Positions 9,557 through 18,572 of a stretch of 53,484 nucleotides of DNA are shown in pieces. Source of the DNA: Acidobacteriota bacterium (GTDB lineage Bacteria > Acidobacteriota > Aminicenantia > UBA2199); assembly GCA_025456175.1 (NCBI GenBank), contig JALOLC010000008.1, positions 1-53,484 on the forward strand. Direction: 5' to 3'. Every line of letters begins with the position of its first letter. Within the stretch, counting starts at the first letter, position 1. The position numbers were made by a program, and so were the translations under genes. Below the pieces are notes generated by a model that made no database searches, was not told the origin of the DNA, and was given only the letters and a program-made list of their open reading frames with translations.

Positions 9557-10021
9557 ATGCGTCTCTCTCAATACCTCGATCCCCAACTCATCATGCTGGA
9601 TCTGCCTGCTCCGAACAAAAGCGAGGCCCTAACCAAAATCGCTGTCCGCTTGGTCGAAAACAAGCTGATCGATGATTGCGATGAATTTTTGGCAGCTGTG
9701 AAAAAGCGCGAAAACCAAGGTTGCACGGCCATCGGTCATTGCCTGGCGATCCCCCATGCCCGTTCCAAGACTCTGAAGAAGATCGTCATCGTCATGGCAA
9801 GATTGCGTGCCGGCATCGATTTTGGCGCCGAGGACGGCGAACCGGTGCGGCTGGTCTTCCTGCTCGGGACCCCGGAGGACAAGGCGGGGGAATATCTGAA
9901 GGTGTTGGCCCGCCTGTCCAAGCTGCTCAAGGAGAACGGGCTGCGGGGGGACCTGCTCAAGGCCGCGTCTGCCGTCGAAGTGCTGGAGCTGCTGGAGAAG
10001 GCCGAAAGCAAGCTGTCCTGA
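9557..10021 (+). CDS. PTS EIIA type-2 domain protein (PtsN/EIIA-Ntr-like)
   Basis: 154 aa with the LAIPHAR active-site His context and the typical EIIA-2 layout. Confidence 0.7.
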   Translation: MRLSQYLDPQLIMLDLPAPNKSEALTKIAVRLVENKLIDDCDEFLAAVKKRENQGCTAIGHCLAIPHARSKTLKKIVIVMARLRAGIDFGAEDGEPVRLVFLLGTPEDKAGEYLKVLARLSKLLKENGLRGDLLKAASAVEVLELLEKAESKLS

Positions 10022-10058
10022 CGTTCGGCGACCCAAGCCGCCGGGTCCCAAGTCCGCC

Positions 10059-12041
10059 CTAAAGGTCCATGCGGATCGGCAGCGTCACCGAAGCGATCTC
10101 GTCCCAGTGCAGCTGGCGCTGGATGGCGAAGGCCGTCTCATTGTGCAGTATCTTGTGGTAGAACTTCTCGCGGCGAAAGGTCAGCTTGCCGGTGAAGACG
10201 GTGGAGCGGTGGAATTCGGACTTGATGTCCTTGCACAGCTGGGTGGCGGTTTCCACCACGTCGGTGCCCACGGCATGGCGCCAGTCGGAGGCGAAGCCCA
10301 AATGGCGCGCCAGGTCGACGTACTTCTGCAGGGTGGCCTTCGACGCCTCCTCCAGGTTCTTCAGCTCCTCGGCCCCCTTGAACGAGCCCGAATCGACCAC
10401 GGCCACCGAGGCGAAGATGAAGTTCTTGTAGAGGTTGGGGAAGTTGCGGATCACCGAGAGCACGGTGTGCACGCCGAAGCCGTTGAACTCGCTGACCAGC
10501 TGGATGGCGGTCATCTCCTGGGGATTGGGCGTCTCCGCGTTGGCCTTGCGGCTGGTGGGGATGTCCAGCAGCAGGTCGTCCAGCTGGCGCACCGCCTTCT
10601 TCACGTTGGCGTAATGCCGGCGGATCAGGAAACAGATGGCGACCAGCGTGCCGGTGATCAATAACGTCATCCATCCGCCCTCGCTGAATTTCTCGTAGCT
10701 GGTAATGATCAAAATAGTGAAGCAGAGAACGAGGCCGACAAGATGGATGGGCAGATGCCGGCGCCACTGCGTTTCCCGGCGGCGGTTTTGGATGTAGTAT
10801 TTGGACATGCCCAGCTGCGAGATGGAGAAGGTGAGAAACACGTTGATGGCGTACATGGTCACCAGGCTGGAGATCGAGCCGCGGGTATAAAGCAGGAGCA
10901 GGATCGAGGCGCCGCCCATGAGCAGGATGCCGTTGTGCATGGTCAGGCGCTGCGAGAGCGAGGCGAAGCGGTGGGGCAGCCAGGAGTCGATGGCCATGTT
11001 GGCCATGATGCGCGGGCCGTCGATGAAGCCGGCCTGGGCGGCCACGAACAGCAGGGCGCCCTCGGAGAGGATGGTGACCAGCGCCAGGCCATAGCCGAAC
11101 GACCAGTTGCCGTACAGGGCATTGGCCAGGATGGCGTTCAGCGTCTTGCCCTCTCCCGGGGCGACCTTGAGCAGCAGGTAGCAGAAGAAAAGGCCGCTGG
11201 CGGTGAAGGCCAGGGATACGGCCATGTAGAGCATGGTCTTCTTGCCGGTTTGCACCTTGGGCTCGCGCAGGATCTGCATGCCGTTGGCCACGGCCTCGAT
11301 GCCGGTGTAGGTTCCAGCCCCCATGGAATAGGCGCGCAGGAAAAGCGCCAGCATGCCCAGTCCGCCCAGGGTGGTCAGGCCCGAGTTGAAATCGTTGCGG
11401 ATGCCGTGCGCCACCGGCCCGATCTGCGGCAGGTGCGACAGGATGCCGTAGCCGATCATGAAGACATGGGTGACGACGAAGACGATGAAGATCGGCGCCA
11501 GAATGGTCACCGACTCCTTGACCCCGCGCAGGTTGAGCACGATCAGCAGCAGGATGAGGAACAACTCGAAGAATATCTTGTACTCGTGCAATCCCATGGG
11601 CAGGAAGCTGAAAATGGCGTCGCCGCAGGCGGCGATGGAGACGGTGATGGTCAGCATGTAGTCGACCAGCAGGGCGGTGCCCGACACGAGACCGGACTTG
11701 GGTCCCAGGGTGTGGGTGGCCACGATGTAGCCGCCGCCGCCGTGGGGAAAGTGCTCGATGATGCGTGAGTACGAGTACGAAATGATGAAAACGGTCAGCG
11801 AGGTGGCCAGGGCCAGGAAAATGGCCAGGTAGGTGTGCTGGCCCAGGGCGCGGAAGGCCTCCTCGGGTCCGTAGGAGGAGGAGGAGAGGCCGTCGGCGCC
11901 GAGGCCGATCCAGGCCAGCAGCGGCACCAGCGAGAGCTTGTGGAAGATGGAGGGGTCCTTGATGTTGCGCGGGGCGCCGACCACCGTCTGGCGCACCTTT
12001 TCCAGGAGCGTATCGTGTTCGTTTGAACCGTTCTGTGCCAT
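10059..12041 (-). CDS. KimA-like APC-superfamily K+ transporter with cytoplasmic C-terminal domain
   Basis: YSRIIEHFPHGGGGYIVATHTLGPKSGLVSGTALLVDYMLTITVSIAACGDAI and the C-terminal KILHNETAFAIQ...TLPIRM closely recall B. subtilis KimA as I remember it. AAGGA is 6 nt before the second ATG (12041). The first ATG is at 12047. Confidence 0.65.
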   Translation of the reverse strand: MAQNGSNEHDTLLEKVRQTVVGAPRNIKDPSIFHKLSLVPLLAWIGLGADGLSSSSYGPEEAFRALGQHTYLAIFLALATSLTVFIISYSYSRIIEHFPHGGGGYIVATHTLGPKSGLVSGTALLVDYMLTITVSIAACGDAIFSFLPMGLHEYKIFFELFLILLLIVLNLRGVKESVTILAPIFIVFVVTHVFMIGYGILSHLPQIGPVAHGIRNDFNSGLTTLGGLGMLALFLRAYSMGAGTYTGIEAVANGMQILREPKVQTGKKTMLYMAVSLAFTASGLFFCYLLLKVAPGEGKTLNAILANALYGNWSFGYGLALVTILSEGALLFVAAQAGFIDGPRIMANMAIDSWLPHRFASLSQRLTMHNGILLMGGASILLLLYTRGSISSLVTMYAINVFLTFSISQLGMSKYYIQNRRRETQWRRHLPIHLVGLVLCFTILIITSYEKFSEGGWMTLLITGTLVAICFLIRRHYANVKKAVRQLDDLLLDIPTSRKANAETPNPQEMTAIQLVSEFNGFGVHTVLSVIRNFPNLYKNFIFASVAVVDSGSFKGAEELKNLEEASKATLQKYVDLARHLGFASDWRHAVGTDVVETATQLCKDIKSEFHRSTVFTGKLTFRREKFYHKILHNETAFAIQRQLHWDEIASVTLPIRMDL

Positions 12042-12102
12042 AGCCATTCCTTATTGTTGATTGCCAAGGCGGGCAGGGTATCCAGCCTCGAAGATAATAC
12101 TA

Positions 12103-12131
12103 ATTTTACGCTCAACCCCGCGTTCTGTCAA
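12103..12131 (-). promoter_or_regulatory. sigma70-type promoter of the KimA-like gene
   Basis: Minus strand reads TTGACA (12131-12126), a 17-nt spacer, then TAAAAT (12108-12103). The leader is about 55 nt. Confidence 0.6.
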
Positions 12132-12272
12132 ATCACCGGGGCCGCGCGGCGCAGTTGACAGCCCATATTCTTTATGATACTGAATGAGTGGGCAAGGTCG
12201 CTCACGGCTGCTGTCAGGAATCAGAAAGGAGAAGTCGGCGATGATGTGTTGCGGGCGGCAGGAGGCGGGGCC

Positions 12273-14174
12273 ATGGAAAACGAACATCAGAGTACCTTAA
12301 AAAAGAAGATCCAGATCCTGTTCCAGCTCGGGAAATGGCCCGACGTGGTCAAGCTTTGCGAGTCCTACGGCGAGAGCTACGGCAAGGACATGGAGATCGA
12401 CCTGATCCGCTTCAAGTGCCAGCGCCACATGGGCATCCCGGCGGCGGAGTCGAAGCCGGAAACGGAGGCGGGCAAGAGCGCGGCGGCGGAAAAGGCTCCC
12501 CCGCGAGAATCCGCCCGCGCCGCTGGGGATGACGTCGATCCGACCATCCCGCTCATCCCGCCCACGATCTCCGACGAGTTGGCTTCGAGCGGCGGGGAAA
12601 AAGCAGCGTATGATTATTCGCCCGAGCCCGACGAGGTGGATATCGGCGACCCTTTCGCTGACAACGAACTGGCCATCAGCGATCCTTTCGCCGACAGTGA
12701 ACCCGGACTGCGCCTGGCCCCTGAGGGGCCTCCGGTCCACATCTCCGAGAGCGAACCCGCTGCCGCCGAACCCATGGTGGGTCCCTCGTCACTGGAAATG
12801 GAAAGCCCGGACGCCGCCGACAGCCAGCCCGCGGACGGTGACAGCGAGCCCGACTTCGCGAACATGGGATCCTTGACCATCGATGCCGAGCCCGAGCTTT
12901 TACCGGCGGCGGCATTGCCGGAGCGTGCCGCGCCCGCTATGGAAGAAGTTGCGCCCACGAAACCCGATGATCCTTCGCGAATGACCTCCGGCCGCGTCGA
13001 GGTGCTTGCGGAGCGCGTGGAGGAAAAGCGGGCGCCCTCGGCTCCGTTTGTGGAGGAGGAAGCTCCCCGGCCGCGCGCTTCGATGTTCACGCCGGCTCCC
13101 GAGAAGGAGGCGCCGCCAAGAAGGAAACCCTTCACCATCAAGCTGGCGCTGCTGATCGTCCTGCCGCTGCTTTTCGCCATTGCCCTGTGGCTGGCCCTTT
13201 CGGGGAAGCTTAATCTCGGCGGCGATGAACCGCCGCCGGCTCCGGAGCCGGCGGTTGAACGCCCGCTCCCCCGCCGCGTGCGCCCGCCCAAGACGGTTGT
13301 TACGCCTGACGCGGCGGCCCAGGCCGCAGCGCAACAGGCGGAGCAGGAAAAAACTTTCTCTGAAAAGCTCAAACAGGCGGAAGCGCTGAACCAGCAGGGG
13401 GATCTGCTCAACGCCTGGGCAGCGCTCCTGGAGGCCAAGAAGATCAAGGTGACCGAGCCGCTGCAGAAGCTCGAAGAGCAGCTGGCCCTGAAGATGAGCG
13501 AAGCCCGGGCGGCGGCCAAGAAAGTGACCGAGACCGTCAAGAGCGAATATGACAGGGAGATCGAGGCGCTGGCCAAAGCCAGGGAAGCCAACACGATCGC
13601 CGGCTGGCAGGACTTTCTGCGCGCGTACCCTCAGAGCGAGTCGGCGTCCCAGGCCCAGGCGCGGATTGGCGCGCTGGAAAAAAAGGCCCAGGAGGAGGCC
13701 CAGCAGCTGCTGCTGCAGCGAATCCGGCAGGCGCAGAAGGTCAGGATGCGCTCCACGCCGCTGAATCTGAGCCAGGCTGAACTCTCCGCACTACCGGGCC
13801 TCTCCGCCCGACCGCCCACCCAGTTCGAGGCGCATCCGCACGGCGGCGTAACGGTGGTGCTCGACCTTAGCGCCGGGCTGATGTGGTCGCTTTACGACAA
13901 GCCCATGGCCTATGACAAGGCCCGCTGGTGGGCCAACCGGGTTACGGCCGGCTACAGCGGCTGGAGGCTGCCGACCGTCGAGGAAGCACTGGCGCTGCTG
14001 CAGATGGACAAGGGCCGGTACGCCGGCCTGGCCGATTTTTCCGTCTGGACCTGCGACGGGGTCAGCAACCAGCCGCGCAGCGCCTGGGTGCTGCGGCTGC
14101 CCGCCGGGCAGTTCGTCGTCGCTCCCTACAGCCAGATGAGCTATGTCTGGGCCGTGCGCAGCGCTGTCAAATAG
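12273..14174 (+). CDS. single-pass membrane protein with acidic/Pro-rich N-terminal region, coiled-coil segment and C-terminal DUF1566 (Lcl C-terminal)-like domain
   Basis: AGGAGG lies 7 nt before ATG 12273. TM segment LALLIVLPLLFAIALWLAL. C-terminal ...WRLPTVEEALALL...WTCD... resembles DUF1566. Confidence 0.55.
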   Translation: MENEHQSTLKKKIQILFQLGKWPDVVKLCESYGESYGKDMEIDLIRFKCQRHMGIPAAESKPETEAGKSAAAEKAPPRESARAAGDDVDPTIPLIPPTISDELASSGGEKAAYDYSPEPDEVDIGDPFADNELAISDPFADSEPGLRLAPEGPPVHISESEPAAAEPMVGPSSLEMESPDAADSQPADGDSEPDFANMGSLTIDAEPELLPAAALPERAAPAMEEVAPTKPDDPSRMTSGRVEVLAERVEEKRAPSAPFVEEEAPRPRASMFTPAPEKEAPPRRKPFTIKLALLIVLPLLFAIALWLALSGKLNLGGDEPPPAPEPAVERPLPRRVRPPKTVVTPDAAAQAAAQQAEQEKTFSEKLKQAEALNQQGDLLNAWAALLEAKKIKVTEPLQKLEEQLALKMSEARAAAKKVTETVKSEYDREIEALAKAREANTIAGWQDFLRAYPQSESASQAQARIGALEKKAQEEAQQLLLQRIRQAQKVRMRSTPLNLSQAELSALPGLSARPPTQFEAHPHGGVTVVLDLSAGLMWSLYDKPMAYDKARWWANRVTAGYSGWRLPTVEEALALLQMDKGRYAGLADFSVWTCDGVSNQPRSAWVLRLPAGQFVVAPYSQMSYVWAVRSAVK

Positions 14175-14213
14175 CGGCGCGGGGCTACCCGGCAATTTGT
14201 GCGCGCAACGGCC

Positions 14214-15068
14214 ATGAAATTCGTCGGCGCCCATGTCAGCGCGGCCGGAGGGGTGGAAAACGCCCCGCTCAACGCCCGGCGCATCGGCGCCCGCGCTTTC
14301 GCCCTTTTCACCAAGAATCAGAAGCAATGGCAGGCCAAACCGCTGGAGGCGGAAGGCATCGCCGCCTTCAAGAAAAACCTGGCTGCCGCGGGCATCGCCC
14401 CCCGCCATGTCCTGCCCCACGACAGCTACCTGATCAACCTCGGCCATCCCGCTGCCGCGCAGCGGAATAAATCGGTCATGGCGCTGCTGGATGAGGCGCG
14501 CCGGACCGAACAGCTCGGGCTGCCTTTCCTGAATTTCCACCCCGGCAGCCACCTGGGGGAGTTGAGCGATGAGCAGTGCCTGGATTTCGTGGCCGCAGGC
14601 ATGAGGACCATACTTTCCGAAACCTCCGGGGTCGGGCTGCTGGTCGAGGGCACGTCGGGGCAGGGGAACCACGTGGGCCATCGTTTCGAGCACCTGGCCC
14701 GGATCCTGGAGCGGGTCGGCGCTGCGGAGCGCTGCGGCGTCTGCCTCGATACCTGCCACCTGTTCGCTGCCGGCTATGACATCCGCAGCGCCGAGGCCTA
14801 CGAGGCGACCATGGGGCGCTTCGATGCCATCATCGGCCGCCGCTTCCTGCGCGCCGCCCACCTGAACGACGCCAAGGCGGAGCTGGGCAGCCGCAAGGAC
14901 CGCCACGACAGCATAGGCAAGGGAAAGCTTGGGCTCGAGGCCTTTCGCCTGCTGATGAACGATCCCCGCTTCGACGACCTGCCCCTGATCCTGGAGACGA
15001 TCGACGAGAGCCTGTGGCCGGCCGAGATCGAGCTCCTCAATTCGCTGGTGGACGGGCGCGCTTCCTGA
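14214..15068 (+). CDS. nfo: deoxyribonuclease IV (endonuclease IV)
   Basis: MKFVGAHVSAAGG...FALFTKNQKQW...LPHDSYLINLGHP...LNFHPGSH...CLDTCHLFAAGYD...HLNDAK...DRHDSIG...PLILET is collinear with E. coli Nfo. Confidence 0.9.
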   Translation: MKFVGAHVSAAGGVENAPLNARRIGARAFALFTKNQKQWQAKPLEAEGIAAFKKNLAAAGIAPRHVLPHDSYLINLGHPAAAQRNKSVMALLDEARRTEQLGLPFLNFHPGSHLGELSDEQCLDFVAAGMRTILSETSGVGLLVEGTSGQGNHVGHRFEHLARILERVGAAERCGVCLDTCHLFAAGYDIRSAEAYEATMGRFDAIIGRRFLRAAHLNDAKAELGSRKDRHDSIGKGKLGLEAFRLLMNDPRFDDLPLILETIDESLWPAEIELLNSLVDGRAS

Positions 15069-15128
15069 GCCCTTACCGGCTTCCTGACCGCATGGCGGGG
15101 AGCTTGGGAATTCTCCCGGGGAATTCCA

Positions 15129-15157
15129 TTGAAAATCGGCGAGATTGATTGTATTAT
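15129..15157 (+). promoter_or_regulatory. sigma70-type promoter, leaderless layout (SBP gene)
   Basis: TTGAAA (15129-15134), a 17-nt spacer, TATTAT (15152-15157), then 8 nt to ATG 15166. No SD. Confidence 0.55.
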
Positions 15158-15165
15158 ACTTGCGC

Positions 15166-16668
15166 ATGACCCGATGGCGCCATGGCCGCCTCCTTCTGTT
15201 CCTGATCGCCTTCATCCCCCTGGTCGGGGCGGAGCCGCCGGTAGTCTACCTGCGCTTTTCCGACGCGATCACCCTGGATCCGGGCAAGGCCGAGGAGTTT
15301 TATTCCCAGGAGGTCATATTCAATGTCTTCGAAAACCTGGTGCGCCTGCGCCCGGAGGGGATGGAGGCGGAGCCGTGCCTGGCCGAGCGCTGGCAGATGC
15401 GGGAGAACGGCCGGCGCTGGGTCTTCACCCTGCGCCGCGGCGTGAAGTTCCACAACGGCAAGGCGTTCAACGCCCGGGCCGTCGTGTATTCGTTCCAAAG
15501 GAGGATCGCCCGGCGGACGGGCGAGTACGCCTCCTTCGGCCGCATCTTCCCGTACATCGAGGATGTCCGGGCCCTGGACGACTGGACGGTGGAATTCCTC
15601 CTCTCCCGGCCCCACAGCCAGTTCCTGCTCGCCCTCGTCGACCAGCGCGCCTGCATCGTGGCGCCGGGGGCCATGGACAATCCCTTGTTCAAGCCCGTCG
15701 GCACCGGTCCCTTCGTGCTCTCCGAGTGGGTCCGCGGCCGCTCCATCGTGCTGGACCGCTTTGCCGGCTACTGGCAGCCGCCAGTCGGGCTGGCCCGGAT
15801 CATCTTCCGCTACGAGCCCAACACGGCGCTGCGGCTCACGCAGATCAAGAACCACAGCGCCGACATCAATTTCATCCGCTCGGCCAAGGAATACGAGGAG
15901 CTGATCGGACGGAAGGACGTGGCGATCATCTCCGAGCCCAAGCTGAGCACCCAGTACCTGGGTTTCAACTGCCGGCGGCCGCCCTTCTCCTCGTTGCCCG
16001 TGCGGAAGGCCTTCTTCCACCTCCTGAACAAGGAAATTTTGGTCAAGCGCATCTTCCAGAATTTCGCCGTTCCGGCCGCCGGCATGCTGCCGCCGCGCAT
16101 GCCTGGTTATGACGCCGGGATCGGGCGGGACGACTTCAATCCGGGGAAAGCCCGCCAGCTCCTGGCCCAGGCCGGCTGGAGGTCGGGTTTCTCCGTCTCG
16201 CTGTATCTTCCCGAGGGGCAGTTCGGACTCGAAGACCTGGCCTGGATGATCATCGCCAACGCCCGCCTGGTCGGCGTCACGGTCAAGGCCGTCACGCTCC
16301 CACTCGGCGCGATGATCCAGGCCGTGAGGGACGGTGAGCCCGACCTGTTCACCCTGGGATGGGGCTACACCGCCGACCCGGGGATATTCATGAATCCGCT
16401 CTTCCTCTTCAGCTCCGGCGGCAGCCGCAGCATCATGACGGCCAGTCCCGAGTTCACCCGCCTGCTGGTCCAGGCGGAGGAGACGGAGGACCCCCAGCGG
16501 CGCAACGGGATTTACTCCGCCGCCCAGCGCCGCCTGCAGGAGGACATGCCGCTCATCCCGCTGTTCTACCTCAACCACGTCCTGGCCTGCAGCCGGCGGC
16601 TGCGCAACCTGCGCCTGAATCCCTTCGGCTTCATCCTCTTCAAGGAGGTCAGCGTGGCGGCCGAGTAG
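15166..16668 (+). CDS. ABC transporter substrate-binding protein, family 5 (peptide/nickel type)
   Basis: Signal peptide MTRWRHGRLLLFLIAFIPLVGA. SBP_bac_5-like ...DPGKA...NLVRL...WTFTLRRGVKFHNG... Confidence 0.75.
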   Translation: MTRWRHGRLLLFLIAFIPLVGAEPPVVYLRFSDAITLDPGKAEEFYSQEVIFNVFENLVRLRPEGMEAEPCLAERWQMRENGRRWVFTLRRGVKFHNGKAFNARAVVYSFQRRIARRTGEYASFGRIFPYIEDVRALDDWTVEFLLSRPHSQFLLALVDQRACIVAPGAMDNPLFKPVGTGPFVLSEWVRGRSIVLDRFAGYWQPPVGLARIIFRYEPNTALRLTQIKNHSADINFIRSAKEYEELIGRKDVAIISEPKLSTQYLGFNCRRPPFSSLPVRKAFFHLLNKEILVKRIFQNFAVPAAGMLPPRMPGYDAGIGRDDFNPGKARQLLAQAGWRSGFSVSLYLPEGQFGLEDLAWMIIANARLVGVTVKAVTLPLGAMIQAVRDGEPDLFTLGWGYTADPGIFMNPLFLFSSGGSRSIMTASPEFTRLLVQAEETEDPQRRNGIYSAAQRRLQEDMPLIPLFYLNHVLACSRRLRNLRLNPFGFILFKEVSVAAE

Positions 16669-16692
16669 CCGTCCGTCCTGTCCGCGGGGATC

Positions 16693-18360
16693 CTACCCTG
16701 CCTGGGATCGCCCCCTGCGCTTACGCCAGGCCAGCCAGACCATGAGCACGGTGAGCAGGATCAGGCCGACGAACATGGCGCGCGCGCCCCAAAGATAGGG
16801 GTGACGGCTTTTTTCCTCGCCCTTCATCAAAAACTTGGCGATGGCCTCCTGGTAGGTCCAGGCGCCCAGCACCACCAGCATGTATACCGGCGTGACGTAT
16901 TTCAGGATGAATTTGAAGATTTTCGGCACTTTCAGGTCGGCGCCCAGGTGCATTTGCTCCCAGCCCTTCTTGACGCCGAAGATCCAGGAAAAAATGATGA
17001 TCTCGATGGTGGCGAAGACGACCAGGCCGAAGGTGCCGGCCCAGAAGTCGAGCTCATCCAGGAAGCCGAATTTGAAGAAAGCGACCACCAGGACCGCGCA
17101 GGCGGCCAAGACGGCGAATACGGCGTTGACCGCTTTTTCGCGCCGCCACTTGAATTCGTCTTCCAGGAACGCCACGGCCGGCGAAGTCATGGCCACCGAC
17201 GAAGTGATGCCGGCGATGAAGAGCAGGAAGAACCACATGGCCCCGAAGACCTGGCCCAGGGGGATCTTCTGGAAGATGACCGGCATCGACTGGAAGCCCA
17301 GGTTGAAGGCGCCCTCGCTGGCGATGAGCTTGGTCTCAACCACGCCGAAGAAAGCCACGGCCACCGGGATGGCGATGGTGCCGCCCAGGATGACTTCGGC
17401 GAATTCGTTGGTCATGGAGGTGGAGAGGCCGTTGAGGGTGACGTCGTCCTTCTCGCGTAAATAAGAGGCGTAGGTGTTGATGATTCCTTGTCCGAGGCTG
17501 AGGGTGAAGAAGATTTGCCCGGCCGCCACCAGCCAGACCGTCGCTTTGCTGAGCTGGCTGAAGTCGGGGTTCCACATGTACGCCAGGCCTGACGAGACCG
17601 AAGAGACTCCCGTCGGCGGCGTGCCCAGAGTGAGGACGCGTACGACCAGGATGGCGGCGAAGGCGAACAGGATCGGCATGCCGATCTTGGCCAGCACCTC
17701 GATCCCCTTGGATATTCCCTTGCGCAGGAAATAATAGTTGATCGAAAGGGTGAGGGCGAAGAAGAAGATGATCGGCAGCCAGGAGGCGAAGAACTGGTTG
17801 TGCTCGATGCCCTGGAAGCCGCGCAGGAACTGGCCCATGGCCTCGCGCGTGGTCAGGCCGAAGTACTTGCCGGTGCCCGAGAACCAGGCAAAGCCCAGGG
17901 TCCAGGATTCGATGAAATTGTAGTAGATGACGATGGTGAAGGGCAGGGAGATGCCCAGGGCGCCGATGTACTTGGCCGCCGGGTGCTTCCACATCAGGGC
18001 GAACATGCCCGGCGTGGTGCCGTGGCCGTGGACGCCGCCGTGGCGGCCCATCGACCACTCCACCCACATCAGCGGGATGCCCAGGAAGAGCAGGGCGCAG
18101 AAATAGGGGATCATGAAGGCGCCGCCGCCGTTGGCCGCCGCCTTGACCGGGAAGCGCAGGAAGTTCCCCAGGCCGATGGCGTTGCCGGCCATGGCCAGGA
18201 TCAGGCCGATGCGCGAAGCCCACTGGGCGCGGCCGCCGCTTTCCGTTCTTTTCTTCTTGGCCAGCAGCACGCGGCTGAAGCAGTAGATGGTCAGCAGCAG
18301 GATCACTCCCCAGGCGGTGGCCATGAAGATCCAGCCCCACAGCGATGGTCCTTGGTTCAT
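16693..18360 (-). CDS. sodium-dependent transporter, NSS (SNF) family
   Basis: NAIGLGNFLRFPVKAAANGGGAFMIPY signature and about 12 TM segments. Confidence 0.85.
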   Translation of the reverse strand: MNQGPSLWGWIFMATAWGVILLLTIYCFSRVLLAKKKRTESGGRAQWASRIGLILAMAGNAIGLGNFLRFPVKAAANGGGAFMIPYFCALLFLGIPLMWVEWSMGRHGGVHGHGTTPGMFALMWKHPAAKYIGALGISLPFTIVIYYNFIESWTLGFAWFSGTGKYFGLTTREAMGQFLRGFQGIEHNQFFASWLPIIFFFALTLSINYYFLRKGISKGIEVLAKIGMPILFAFAAILVVRVLTLGTPPTGVSSVSSGLAYMWNPDFSQLSKATVWLVAAGQIFFTLSLGQGIINTYASYLREKDDVTLNGLSTSMTNEFAEVILGGTIAIPVAVAFFGVVETKLIASEGAFNLGFQSMPVIFQKIPLGQVFGAMWFFLLFIAGITSSVAMTSPAVAFLEDEFKWRREKAVNAVFAVLAACAVLVVAFFKFGFLDELDFWAGTFGLVVFATIEIIIFSWIFGVKKGWEQMHLGADLKVPKIFKFILKYVTPVYMLVVLGAWTYQEAIAKFLMKGEEKSRHPYLWGARAMFVGLILLTVLMVWLAWRKRRGRSQAG

Positions 18361-18384
18361 GTGCGTCCTCCTCGGTTAAGGAAG

Positions 18385-18413
18385 ATTGTAAAAAAGAAAA
18401 GTGAATTAGTCAA
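18385..18413 (-). promoter_or_regulatory. sigma70-type promoter of NSS gene
   Basis: Minus strand reads TTGACT (18413-18408), a 17-nt spacer, then TACAAT (18390-18385). GAGGAGG RBS lies before ATG 18360. Confidence 0.6.
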
Positions 18414-18572
18414 TCCGCAGGCTCGCCGATCCAAGTACAAGGTGGGAGGGAAAATCCTGAATCAATCGCTCAGAATTTCTTGAATAAACCCTCGCGTGGG
18501 CAATCCGGGCACCGCGCTCGGTCGCCGGCCTTGCCGGCCACTATTTGCCGTCTGCCGTACACCCAGTCTGGG

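Noticed and set aside
12042-12131. A c-di-AMP (ydaO/kimA-type) riboswitch upstream of the KimA-like gene.
   Set aside because: The promoter leaves a leader of only about 55 nt. That is far shorter than the riboswitch of more than 100 nt, and none of its conserved features is visible.
12154-12182. A promoter for the DUF1566 gene (TTGACA at 12154 followed by TGATACTGA).
   Set aside because: The -35 is perfect, but the best-spaced -10 (TACTGA) matches the consensus at only two positions. It was left unannotated.
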